From: an uncultured archaeon
GTDB lineage: Archaea > Asgardarchaeota > Thorarchaeia > Thorarchaeales > Thorarchaeaceae
NCBI GenBank assembly: GCA_964458565.1
Contig: CAYWJO010000001.1
Location: forward strand, 32,001 to 96,000
Direction: 5' to 3'
DNA length: 64,000 nucleotides
Position 1 is the first letter of the stretch. The number at the start of each line of letters is the position of its first letter. The notes beneath the pieces are model-generated. The model saw only the letters and a program-made list of their open reading frames with translations. It was not told where the DNA came from and did no database searches. The position numbers were made by a program, and so were the translations under genes. Shown here piece by piece: positions 10,601 through 19,878 of this stretch.

Positions 10601-10807
10601 AGCCCAACATGGGCTAACTTGTTATGGTAGCTTATAGGTTAAAAGCCTTGGGGAATCTTGCACACAAACGCGCCATCAGTGACTTATAATAAACAGAGTA
10701 TCTAATAAATATGATATTTGTCTTAATAATGGATATAATGTCCTCTGTAGTAAGGTTTAACAAGTAATTATATAGGAAATCGAATATCCCGACCTAAAAG
10801 GTCGAAG

Positions 10808-11122
10808 TTGGGGTTTGATCTTAAAGTGCCTGAAGGCATTCGTCGAATAGTATTAGATGTTTTGAAACCGCACACTCCACGTCTGACAGATCTCGCAATG
10901 ATGTTGTCCAGAGACCCAAATGTTATTGGAGTCAATCTGTCAGTAAAGGAAGTTGATGCTAACACGGAATCAATCACAATAACTCTTGAAGGAAATGAGC
11001 TAGAATTTGATTCAATCAAAGCGATATTGGAAGCTGCAGGAGCTGTAGTGCATTCAATAGACCAAGTTGTCGCTGGAAAAAGATTTGTTGAAGAAGTTAC
11101 GCTACATCCTGAGAACAGTTGA
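10808..11122 (+). CDS. DUF211 family protein
   Basis: IRRIVLDVLKPH.P and G.VVHSIDQVVAG signature. Confidence 0.9.
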   Translation: MGFDLKVPEGIRRIVLDVLKPHTPRLTDLAMMLSRDPNVIGVNLSVKEVDANTESITITLEGNELEFDSIKAILEAAGAVVHSIDQVVAGKRFVEEVTLHPENS

Positions 11123-11153
11123 TACAAATTCTTAGTATTAAGAAATCTTGGAG

Positions 11154-11762
11154 TTACTGTTGACCCAGTTGATTCAGTAAATGATTGCTCTCATCATCTA
11201 TCTTCTTGAGAACTATTCTATACACTTCTTGCTCAAAAGCAGAGGGGATTATCTTAACAACATTGCAGAGGCGGTCAACAATCTTCTCAGCAAGTGCCTC
11301 TGATGAGAGCATTGCTCCCCGAACAATAGTACGGACAACTTCTTCTCCAACACTACTCCGAACCACGGAATTGATTACACTCGAAATGGTACCTTTTGGG
11401 TCAACAAAAAAGGGAAAATGGTTACTATCATGAAATTTTACAAATCTCAGCTTTTCAACGATGCTTTCGGTGTACCAATCAATACTTGATTCCTTAATCC
11501 TGAAACGGCTAGCGAATTCTGTCTTTGTTAATGGATTTGGATAACTCCATGGATGTCTTGTAACCACATACAAGGCGGCTGCAAATAATGAGTCAGGTTC
11601 TCTTGGCATTCCTTCGGATGATACATATCTTCTGATAAGGTCAAGTGCTACGTCCTGATATCTAATATCAATACGATTCTCAACAAAGAACTCGTGTGCG
11701 TCACGCACATTACTCACTACTATTTTTGGGCTCACTGCTATAGCGATATCCTCAGAATGCAA
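11154..11762 (-). CDS. Hypothetical protein with single TFB/cyclin-fold-like repeat
   Basis: PDSLFAAALYVVTR...LTKTEFASRFRIKESSI resembles the TFB repeat in this window. Confidence 0.55.
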   Translation of the reverse strand: MHSEDIAIAVSPKIVVSNVRDAHEFFVENRIDIRYQDVALDLIRRYVSSEGMPREPDSLFAAALYVVTRHPWSYPNPLTKTEFASRFRIKESSIDWYTESIVEKLRFVKFHDSNHFPFFVDPKGTISSVINSVVRSSVGEEVVRTIVRGAMLSSEALAEKIVDRLCNVVKIIPSAFEQEVYRIVLKKIDDESNHLLNQLGQQ

Positions 11763-11882
11763 TGTTCACAATCTCCTTTGAACTGAGTGATTAACCCGAA
11801 CAACATTTCATCCGTAATCTTTACTTATTACGATTCGTACAGTGGAAAGTGAGGCCTGTTGTTCCGCGCGAATTATTAGTGT

Positions 11883-12500
11883 TCATCGTGCCCGATATAT
11901 CTTTTCTAAGGACCATCTTAGAGTACGTTCGATCTCATCAAGTCGGGTGTCATCACCATAATTACGTACCACTATCTCTTGAAGAATTCCATCATCCGCC
12001 ATTACTTCAAAGTCAAATGCTTCTTCCCATTCCATTAGACCATTTTCTACATTCACCCTATCTTCTTGTTGGAATGAACCTAAAATCTTCTCAACAAAGA
12101 AACGTGCGAATGCACCACGTTTTATATCATAGAGAGCGTGAGATGCGGGAACTACCTTCAAAGTGTTACCAGCAACCTCAATTGTTGCAAGCTCCAAATC
12201 CTTATCCTTCGCACGGATTGTAATTGTTCTATCTTCGTCTGTGACTCCAATATCGGAAGGTTCTGGTTCTACTACAGGTTCACTCTCAAACTTACCAAGA
12301 GCTGTATCAGCTGTACTAAAACTGCCTGTACCAATTGTTGAATCCAACGCCTGGATGTACTCCTCAATTTGCGTTATACGATTCTGTAAGTTCACTAATT
12401 CATCTTCAAGATCTTTTCGCAATTGCAATAGGATTTGAATTCGAGGGTCTTCCAATATAGTCACCTGTAATCGACTCGTGAACAATTCTACTTGTTTCAC
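11883..12500 (-). CDS. Conserved archaeal hypothetical protein with N-terminal coiled coil
   Basis: Long acidic ORF with heptad pattern; true start probably a few codons downstream. Confidence 0.7.
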   Translation of the reverse strand: MKQVELFTSRLQVTILEDPRIQILLQLRKDLEDELVNLQNRITQIEEYIQALDSTIGTGSFSTADTALGKFESEPVVEPEPSDIGVTDEDRTITIRAKDKDLELATIEVAGNTLKVVPASHALYDIKRGAFARFFVEKILGSFQQEDRVNVENGLMEWEEAFDFEVMADDGILQEIVVRNYGDDTRLDEIERTLRWSLEKIYRAR

Positions 12501-12556
12501 AAGTATTTATTGTCGTGTAATATATCAAGTCATTTCTATTAGATTTGAAGGCAAAT

Positions 12557-12778
12557 CTATTCAGATGTGTGAACGGAAATTGCAAAATCTGGACAATGAA
12601 CCTCACACAGTTTGCAGACCTTACACGCCTCAAGATTAATTACGCGGGGTAAAAAGAACCCACGATTGTCAACAGTGTCAGATTGTTCAAGAACACCATG
12701 AGGACAGACGAATATGCAAATGTGGCACCCCTTGCATAAACGAGGGTCTATCAATATTCTCGCGGCGCTCTTTGCCAT
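12557..12778 (-). CDS. 2[4Fe-4S] ferredoxin (2-oxoacid oxidoreductase delta-like)
   Basis: CKGCHICIFVCP and CKVCKLCEVHCPDFAI. Confidence 0.9.
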   Translation of the reverse strand: MAKSAARILIDPRLCKGCHICIFVCPHGVLEQSDTVDNRGFFLPRVINLEACKVCKLCEVHCPDFAISVHTSE

Positions 12779-12865
12779 AATAGTCTACTCCAATCGGGAC
12801 CCAGTCTATCAAAGATATAATGATTCTCATGTAACCATATAGAGCCATGATTATATACTCTTAAC

Positions 12866-13606
12866 GTGAATAGTATATTGAGTTCGGTTGTGAATGAATT
12901 GAAACAATATTTCGTTTTCATGTGCTCTAAATGCAGAAATTTTACTCTTGCACCAATAACCCAGAAGAGCAGAAGATGTAGCTATTGTGGTAGTATCATA
13001 GACATCAAAAAAGCTGCGAAGGCTCTATTCGAAACACCTGAAACAGCCACGAAAGCAGTCAAGGAGTTTAATGCAAGAGGCTCAGATGAATTCGAGAAGG
13101 CAGTTGAGCGCTCAAAAGAGCGTGTGAAGAGTTTGTTGCCTAAAGAACGTATTGAAGCTGAAAGTTTGGATTCAAGAGGACAAGATCTCCCGTCTGGTAA
13201 GACGCAAAGACTTATGCTACTACTAGAAAGAGAGGCCAAAGACAAACCAAGATCGTTAGGTGAAATCGAGGGATTGTGCAATCGTTATCAATTAGAGTGG
13301 GCATGGGTTGAAGAACAGCTGAGCAAATTATCAAATGCAGGTGTTGTGATTTTTCCTCGACCCTGGACTTTGAAACTTGTTCCATCTGTTGAGACCACAG
13401 ACAACGAGAGAGGTAACATTGTAGATGTGTCTAAAGAGATAATGGAGTTTTTACGTCAGAAAGGGAATCAAACAACACTGCAGAGAATTGTATCCTATTT
13501 TGAAACCAAAGGAGTATCAAAGGCATCAGTAGAATCATCACTAGCAAAATTATTGCGAGATGGCGAGATATTCGAACCTAAATCAGGAACTGTTAATCTA
13601 GTATAA
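12866..13606 (+). CDS. Zn-ribbon (DUF1922-like) plus two winged-helix domains
   Basis: CSKC...CSYC N-terminus; LSNAGVVIFPRPWTLKLV and LLRDGEIFEPKSGTVNLV wing motifs. Confidence 0.7.
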   Translation: MNSILSSVVNELKQYFVFMCSKCRNFTLAPITQKSRRCSYCGSIIDIKKAAKALFETPETATKAVKEFNARGSDEFEKAVERSKERVKSLLPKERIEAESLDSRGQDLPSGKTQRLMLLLEREAKDKPRSLGEIEGLCNRYQLEWAWVEEQLSKLSNAGVVIFPRPWTLKLVPSVETTDNERGNIVDVSKEIMEFLRQKGNQTTLQRIVSYFETKGVSKASVESSLAKLLRDGEIFEPKSGTVNLV

Positions 13607-13645
13607 CAATTCAGCTAGTTCATTAACACCCATGTATACATAGAT

Positions 13646-14044
13646 GTGAGTAAAATGCCAATGGTAGAACTTGTAGCAAAGAGAACTATCGAAAAGCATC
13701 CAGATATCGGTCTGAGTGTGATAGATCTAATAGTTTTACTATGGCTGTATTCGAATCCCTACTCCACAAGCCGCCGTCAAATATCAAGCATCAAATTCGT
13801 TCTTAAAATGAGTGAAACCTTGCAGTCACCGGATGGTAAGATTCCCATTACTGAGGACGAATTAACGCAACTGGTACTTGGAAGCTTACAGCGATTGAAA
13901 AGCAAGGGATATGTCTATCTACGATCAGCTGGTGTACACTACGTCATAGGCACATTGACTCAAGCAGCAATTGACCTAGCGGACAAAAATATAACCAAAC
14001 CAGCATTACGAAGAGTCACATCAGAATTTGGCAACAATCCATAG
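13646..14044 (+). CDS. Hypothetical winged-helix-like protein
   Basis: SLQRLKSKGYVY...LTQAA wHTH-like end. Confidence 0.6.
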   Translation: MSKMPMVELVAKRTIEKHPDIGLSVIDLIVLLWLYSNPYSTSRRQISSIKFVLKMSETLQSPDGKIPITEDELTQLVLGSLQRLKSKGYVYLRSAGVHYVIGTLTQAAIDLADKNITKPALRRVTSEFGNNP

Positions 14045-14290
14045 TTAATTCTCACACCTTTCGGAAGTTTTAAATGTAAAATTCAAGCGGCTCCTCCTTA
14101 ACGCTCTCTGTAGATGATCGTTTAGGAACTGATGGAATCAGTGCAAGCCTCTAGTTCTGCTCGCGAGAACGGCTTGTATACGTGTGCCGGTATGTTCCTT
14201 AGTGGTTGTTTGAGGGTGTAATACAGAACAGTTCACACAGACTGGTCTAGTGACTGGTCTATTTGAAGTTCGTATCACCGGAAGTGATAG

Positions 14291-14758
14291 ATGATGCCAT
14301 CGTATCGATACTCCATAATAGGAATTGACCCAGATAGAACTGCAGTAGCTAGTGGCAGGGATATGAGGGTTTCTCCAAAGCAATGTAGAGAAGTCTGCAA
14401 TGCAATCAAAGGTTTAATGGTTGACAAAGCCATCGAACTGTTAGAGAGCGTTATAGAGGAAAAGACATGGATTCCTTACCGACGCCATTATAAAAAACGT
14501 GGACACCACAGTGGAATGAAGAAATGGGCTGCTGGTGGTCATCCAGTAAAGGCTTCACAAGAAATCCTCAAGGTAATTAGAAACGCTGAGGCAAACGCAG
14601 ACAACAAAGGGCTCGATATAGATCGACTTCGAATTATGCATGCTGTAACACATCGTGGCAGAGCATACAAGAAGTTTATCGAAAGAGCTTTTGGGAGGAG
14701 TACTCCTTATGTTGAGAACACAAGTCACGTTGAAATTGTTGTGGAGGAGATAATGTAA
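14291..14758 (+). CDS. rpl22: 50S ribosomal protein L22 (uL22)
   Basis: RVSPK..REVC, NAEANADNKGLD, RAFGRSTP. Confidence 0.97.
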   Translation: MMPSYRYSIIGIDPDRTAVASGRDMRVSPKQCREVCNAIKGLMVDKAIELLESVIEEKTWIPYRRHYKKRGHHSGMKKWAAGGHPVKASQEILKVIRNAEANADNKGLDIDRLRIMHAVTHRGRAYKKFIERAFGRSTPYVENTSHVEIVVEEIM

Positions 14759-15681
14759 TGTCAGCATTGAAGTATTTCATAGAACAAAATGCCAGGCGTT
14801 TAATGATCGACGAATTCCTTGCTAAGGAACTTAATTCTGCAGGATATGGTGGTGTTGAAATCCGTAAGATGCCTATGCGAACAGAAGTTATAATTCATGC
14901 ATCAAGACCCGGAGTTGTTATTGGACGCAGAGGGTCAAAGATACGTGAGCTCACAGAAATCCTAGAGTCAGATTATCAAATTGCAAACGTTCAGTTAGAA
15001 GTCAGCGAGATTGAAAACCCATGGCTCAATGCACAAGTGATGTCATCAAGACTAGCTAGACAGCTTGAAAGAGGTGTCCGATTCAGAAGGATGGCATATT
15101 GGATACTTCGAAGAGTGATGCGTGCTGGTGCAATTGGTTGTGAAATCATTGTTAAGGGTAAGCTTTCAAGCCGACGTGCAAGATATCAGAAATTTACTCA
15201 AGGAACAATTGCGAAGACAGGGGAACCAGCGGACCTATTTGTAGATGAAGCTGATGATACAGCGATTCTCAAACCTGGTGCAATAGGAATCAAAGTCCGT
15301 ATTATGAAACCTGATTCAAAACTCCCAGGAGTTATTCATGTTAAAAAGCCCAAATACAAGCCGCCACAGGAGGTGGTTCTTGTAGCTCCTGCTTCAGAAT
15401 CAGACATTACTGACGAGGAAGAAATCGTTGAGGCGTCTATGGAGGGAATCACAGACATTGAAGAACTTCGTGAACTTGAAGAACTTGATGGCTTAGAATT
15501 GGTTGATGAGGAAAAAGACGAGGATAAGAAAGAAACGGTAGCGAAGTCACCTCCTAAAACTGTGGAACCAGAAATCACTGATGATGATTCAGATAAGACA
15601 GACTCCGAGATTGAAGAAAGCACCCTGAAAGAGTTAGAGGAACTCGATGAACTTGATATAGTGGACGGGGAGGAAGACTAA
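14758..15681 (+). CDS. rps3: 30S ribosomal protein S3 (uS3) with acidic C-terminal extension
   Basis: AGYGG, RPGVVIGRRG KH domain, GCEIIVKGKL. Confidence 0.97.
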   Translation: MSALKYFIEQNARRLMIDEFLAKELNSAGYGGVEIRKMPMRTEVIIHASRPGVVIGRRGSKIRELTEILESDYQIANVQLEVSEIENPWLNAQVMSSRLARQLERGVRFRRMAYWILRRVMRAGAIGCEIIVKGKLSSRRARYQKFTQGTIAKTGEPADLFVDEADDTAILKPGAIGIKVRIMKPDSKLPGVIHVKKPKYKPPQEVVLVAPASESDITDEEEIVEASMEGITDIEELRELEELDGLELVDEEKDEDKKETVAKSPPKTVEPEITDDDSDKTDSEIEESTLKELEELDELDIVDGEED

Positions 15682-15684
15682 CAG

Positions 15685-15894
15685 ATGGCAATGAAACCAA
15701 GAGATATCAGACGACTCACATCAGCAGAGAGAGAGAAACGACTTGCAGAGCTGTACAATGAACTCTCAAGCATAAGAATTCAAACTGCAACGGGCGGTGG
15801 TACAGAGAACCCATATAGAGCTAAAAATGTGAGGAAGTCGATTGCACGGATTCTTACAATTAAAAGAGAAGAAGAGGAGGCAGTGGAAGAGTAA
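15685..15894 (+). CDS. rpl29: 50S ribosomal protein L29
   Basis: ENP...VRKSIARILTI; operon position. Confidence 0.95.
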   Translation: MAMKPRDIRRLTSAEREKRLAELYNELSSIRIQTATGGGTENPYRAKNVRKSIARILTIKREEEEAVEE

Positions 15895-16172
15895 TGAATC
15901 CAAGAGAGATTGTAAATCAGGAAATCATTGGACTGCATACAAATGTAGTATCATCCACAGATCCAACTCTCATATCAAGAGGTGGTTTGATTATAGATGA
16001 AACTAGAGAAACCATCAGAGTTCTTGATAATGAAAATGAACTAACCATAGCAAAAACAACCTGTGTCTTTGACTTGGTCGTGCCATCTGGCTTCACGGTT
16101 CGGGTTGATGGACATCATTTGAGAGGGGTTCCTGAAGACAGGCTGAAGATGCGATTGCGTAGGAGATGGTAA
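15894..16172 (+). CDS. rnp1: Ribonuclease P protein subunit Rpp29
   Basis: EIIGL..VV.S..PTL...G.IIDETRET, PEDRLK; operon position. Confidence 0.93.
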   Translation: MNPREIVNQEIIGLHTNVVSSTDPTLISRGGLIIDETRETIRVLDNENELTIAKTTCVFDLVVPSGFTVRVDGHHLRGVPEDRLKMRLRRRW

Positions 16173-16174
16173 TA

Positions 16175-16537
16175 ATGGAGAATGCTGAGAAAAAAATCCG
16201 TAATATCGGAATTCCAAATGTGGACCCACCAGAAAATATCTGCGATGATAAGTTGTGTCCATTCCATGGAAGTCTTCCTGTTAGAGGACGAGTTATGGAG
16301 GGAATAGTCACCAGCACGAAGATGCAGAGAACCATCACATACCAGATGGACTATCTGAGTCTTGTGAAGAAATACTCACGTTATGAAAGAAGAAGGTCAA
16401 AGAAACACGCACACTTACCGCCTTGCATTGAGGTGGGAGTAGGAGATATGGTGAAAGTAGTGGAATGCAGACCCATAAGCAAGACCGTATCTAGCGTTGT
16501 CGTTGCGGTTACGAAGAACCCATCTAAGGAGGAATAA
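16175..16537 (+). CDS. rps17: 30S ribosomal protein S17
   Basis: CPFHG.L.VRG, KYSRYERR, ECRPISKT. Confidence 0.97.
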   Translation: MENAEKKIRNIGIPNVDPPENICDDKLCPFHGSLPVRGRVMEGIVTSTKMQRTITYQMDYLSLVKKYSRYERRRSKKHAHLPPCIEVGVGDMVKVVECRPISKTVSSVVVAVTKNPSKEE

Positions 16538-16540
16538 GCC

Positions 16541-16963
16541 ATGTCAAGAAAGGTCGGAAGAGGTATTCGAAAGTTCATACCAAGAATTGCACGTGGATTA
16601 CCTGTTGGTGCAAAGATATTATGTGCTGATAATTCAGGAGCTCGAGAGCTCAAACTGCTTACAGTATTTGGATACAAAGGCAAACTACGTAAGTTGGGAA
16701 AAGCTGGAATTGGCGATCGGGTTAATGTCACTGTTACTAAAGGAAAACAAGAACTAAGAAAACAGGTCCTGCAAGCAATCATTGTTAGACAGAAACAACC
16801 CTATAGAAGACCTGATGGAACATGGATGCAGTTTGAAGATAATGCTGCGGTTCTGATAAAACCTGGAGGAGAGCCGCAAGGATCAGAACTGAGAGGACCA
16901 ATGGCAAGAGAAGTCACTCTAAAGTGGCCTCGCGTTGCAGCTATTGCCTCCAAGATAGTCTGA
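16541..16963 (+). CDS. rpl14: 50S ribosomal protein L14
   Basis: CADNSGA, RRPDG...FEDNAAV. Confidence 0.97.
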   Translation: MSRKVGRGIRKFIPRIARGLPVGAKILCADNSGARELKLLTVFGYKGKLRKLGKAGIGDRVNVTVTKGKQELRKQVLQAIIVRQKQPYRRPDGTWMQFEDNAAVLIKPGGEPQGSELRGPMAREVTLKWPRVAAIASKIV

Positions 16964-16974
16964 GGTTGATAAGA

Positions 16975-17361
16975 ATGACAAAGAAAGTCAGTTCAAAGGC
17001 CCCACGAAAACAAAGGCGTAGTATTCGTAATGATCCGATACATGCCAATAAGAAACGACTCCGTTGCAAGCTTGATGAATTCCTAGCAGAAGAGCATGGT
17101 ATCAAATCTCTAGTAATCAAGAAGGGGGACCTTGTAAGAGTTATGAGAGGACAATTCAGGGACACTGAAGGTACAGTAACACGTGTCAGTTATGGAAAAG
17201 CACGTGTCTATGTGGATAGTGCTACAACAACAAAAGCAGATGGGAAGGAAGCAAACATACCTATTCATCCATCCAATCTTTTGATTGTGAAGCTATCTAT
17301 GAATGATGACAGAAAAAGAGCCATTGCGAAAAAAGCGATGACTGTAGTGGAGAGTGAGTAG
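16975..17361 (+). CDS. rpl24: 50S ribosomal protein L24
   Basis: S..PRKQR, KGD.VRVMRG, PIHPSNL. Confidence 0.96.
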   Translation: MTKKVSSKAPRKQRRSIRNDPIHANKKRLRCKLDEFLAEEHGIKSLVIKKGDLVRVMRGQFRDTEGTVTRVSYGKARVYVDSATTTKADGKEANIPIHPSNLLIVKLSMNDDRKRAIAKKAMTVVESE

Positions 17362-18111
17362 ATGGCAAGACGAGGAATAAAAAAACATCTGAAGCGTTTA
17401 CCAGCACCAAAGCATTGGCCAATTAAAAGGAAAATGGCGAAGTTTACCACAAAACCACGTCCTGGTCCCCATGCCAAAGAAGATTGCTTCACATTGGCAG
17501 TCGTTCTGAGAGAGGTTTTAGGCCATGCAGAAATAATGCGAGAGGCCAAAGCCATACTCTCTAGTGGTCAAGTAGTAGTTGATGGTAGAATTAGAAAAGA
17601 TCCAAGATATCCTGTGGGAATAATGGATGTTATTGAGATTAAAAACGAAGGCGTATTGTACAGAATTCTTCCAAAGCAGAAAGGTGGACTCAGACTTCAC
17701 CAAATCAAAGAAACAGAAAGCAAATTCAAACTCTGCAGAGTCGAAAAGAAGATGATGACTCATGGAGGAAGATTGCAGATGACACTGCATGATGGGAGAA
17801 ATGTATTACTTCCTAAGGAGCAAAAAACATCCGAATATACAACCCTTGATACATTAAAGATTTCGTTGCCTGATCAGGAGGTACTTGGAAAAATATCACT
17901 TAAAGAAGGAGCTATTGCTCTTGTGACAAAAGGGAGAAACGTGGGAATCCAAGGTAAGATTGTAGAAATTAATCGCAGATTTGGAACCCATGCAAGCACG
18001 GTTACGATAGAGGATTCTGGTGGCGAAAGACTTCAAACTGCACTTGAATATGTCTTCGTCGTTGGAGAGAACAAACCAGAAATTGATCTTGGAGAGGGAG
18101 GTGTTTCTTAA
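17362..18111 (+). CDS. rps4e: 30S ribosomal protein S4e
   Basis: HLKRLPAP..WPI.RK, PGPH, LHDGRN. Confidence 0.97.
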   Translation: MARRGIKKHLKRLPAPKHWPIKRKMAKFTTKPRPGPHAKEDCFTLAVVLREVLGHAEIMREAKAILSSGQVVVDGRIRKDPRYPVGIMDVIEIKNEGVLYRILPKQKGGLRLHQIKETESKFKLCRVEKKMMTHGGRLQMTLHDGRNVLLPKEQKTSEYTTLDTLKISLPDQEVLGKISLKEGAIALVTKGRNVGIQGKIVEINRRFGTHASTVTIEDSGGERLQTALEYVFVVGENKPEIDLGEGGVS

Positions 18112-18704
18112 TGAGCGCATCAGATGAAGTACCATTACCTAACACAAACCTGTACAAAGCAGACTGGCAAGCTTATCCAATGCGGATGCCAAAGATAGAG
18201 AAAGTCGTTATTGATATCTGTACTGGAGGAGGCGAATCACTTGATAGAGCTTCAACAATTCTACAACAATTAACAGGACAGACTCCAAGCCAATCAAGAG
18301 CAAGACAGACTGTCCGAGATTTTGGTATTCGTAGAAAAGAACCAATAGCTGTCAGAGTTACACTTAGACATGGTCATGCTGAGAGCTTCCTACGTAGGGC
18401 TCTTGAGGCAAAGGACAAGATTCTACTAATTAAGAACTGGGATGATGATGGTAACTTTGCATTCGGAATCAATGAGCATATTGACATTCCAGATGTAAAA
18501 TACGATCCTCAACTTGGTATTCAGGGAATGAATATCACAGTGTGTGTAGAACGACCAGGCAATCGTGTAAAACGTAGGCGAAAATGTAGGACAAAAGTGC
18601 CTTACAGACATCGCATGACTCCGGAAGAGAGTATGGTCTTCATCAAAGACAAATTCGGTGTAGAGATACTTGAGAAGGAACGTGAGCGGACATACCTATT
18701 TTGA
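18111..18704 (+). CDS. rpl5: 50S ribosomal protein L5
   Basis: P.IEKVV, FGIRRKEPIAVRVTLR, GNFAFGI.EHID.P...YDP. Confidence 0.97.
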   Translation: MSASDEVPLPNTNLYKADWQAYPMRMPKIEKVVIDICTGGGESLDRASTILQQLTGQTPSQSRARQTVRDFGIRRKEPIAVRVTLRHGHAESFLRRALEAKDKILLIKNWDDDGNFAFGINEHIDIPDVKYDPQLGIQGMNITVCVERPGNRVKRRRKCRTKVPYRHRMTPEESMVFIKDKFGVEILEKERERTYLF

Positions 18705-18715
18705 GGTGAGTTAGT

Positions 18716-18883
18716 ATGAGTAAGAAAGAAGGAACTAGACAACGAAAGAAAATGGGTAAAGGAAATCGAAGATGTCTCCGTTGTGGAACACATCAGGCAA
18801 TCATCCGTTCATATGGACTTTACATGTGCAGACGCTGTTTTAGGGAAACAGCCGTGAAAATGGGATTCCGAAAATATAGTTAG
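18716..18883 (+). CDS. rps14: 30S ribosomal protein S14 (55 aa; missing from ORF track)
   Basis: Manual translation MSKKEG...[11 protein letters not shown]...[12 protein letters not shown]...GFRKYS*; SD GAGGTG. Confidence 0.96.
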   Translation: MSKKEGTRQRKKMGKGNRRCLRCGTHQAIIRSYGLYMCRRCFRETAVKMGFRKYS

Positions 18884-18898
18884 GAGGTCCTTGAAAAT

Positions 18899-19291
18899 AT
18901 GACGTTATTAGATCCACTGGCTGATGCGATGTCAAGCATCTACAACAGTGAACTTGTTGGTAAACCCGAAGTACTAATCACACCAGCATCCAGTATAATT
19001 GAGAGAGTTCTGCGCGTTATGCAGATAAACGGCTACATAGGGGAATTCGAAAAGATTGATGATGGAAAATCAGGTCGATTCAGAATTCAATTGATGGGGC
19101 GGACTAACAAATGTGGAGTGATTAAGCCAAGATTCCCAGTGAAACGTGACGGATTTGAAAAATTCGAGAAACGTTTCCTACCAGCCTATAACTACGGTAT
19201 TCTCATAGTCACAACACCCCAAGGAGTAATGACACACAAGGATGCTAGGTCTAAGGGTATCGGTGGTCGATTGCTTGCTTATGTATTCTAG
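18899..19291 (+). CDS. rps8: 30S ribosomal protein S8
   Basis: [25 protein letters not shown]. Confidence 0.97.
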   Translation: MTLLDPLADAMSSIYNSELVGKPEVLITPASSIIERVLRVMQINGYIGEFEKIDDGKSGRFRIQLMGRTNKCGVIKPRFPVKRDGFEKFEKRFLPAYNYGILIVTTPQGVMTHKDARSKGIGGRLLAYVF

Positions 19292-19302
19292 GAGGTTAAA
19301 GA

Positions 19303-19866
19303 ATGTCCAAAGAAGCACTCTACGATAAACGGATTGAAATTCCAGAGGACGTTAGTGTCACTGTAGAAGGAAAAACTGTACAAGTCAGTGGAACTAAGGG
19401 TACTCTGGTGAAGACATTCCCAGAACCTCAAACCACGATAAATCTAGAAGGAAATGAGCTTGTCGCAGCGACATGGATAAACAGAAAACGGACTCGAGCT
19501 CTAGTTGGAACTGTCGTAGCTCATGTTAGAAACATGATAATTGGAGTTCAGCATGGTTATACGTATGAGATGAAAATTGTCTATAGTCACTTTCCAATAA
19601 CAGTAGAAATTCACGGCGAGATAGTGTATATCAAGAATTTCATTGGAGAGAGAGGAATAAGAAAAGCACGGCTTATTGGCAACGTGGATGTAAAAACCAC
19701 CGAAGATGAAGTAATCATTAGTGGAGTGGATATAGAGCACGTTTCACAGAGTGCAGCGAATATTCAGTTGGCAACCAAGATACGTGATAAAGACCGCCGA
19801 GTGTTCCTTGATGGCATCTATGTTATCAAGAAGAGATTGGGTGAGGAAGTAAAAACCATCGTATAG
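19303..19866 (+). CDS. rpl6: 50S ribosomal protein L6
   Basis: YSHFPI, NFIGE, DRRVFLDGIYV. Confidence 0.97.
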   Translation: MSKEALYDKRIEIPEDVSVTVEGKTVQVSGTKGTLVKTFPEPQTTINLEGNELVAATWINRKRTRALVGTVVAHVRNMIIGVQHGYTYEMKIVYSHFPITVEIHGEIVYIKNFIGERGIRKARLIGNVDVKTTEDEVIISGVDIEHVSQSAANIQLATKIRDKDRRVFLDGIYVIKKRLGEEVKTIV

Positions 19867-19878
19867 GAGGCGATATGA

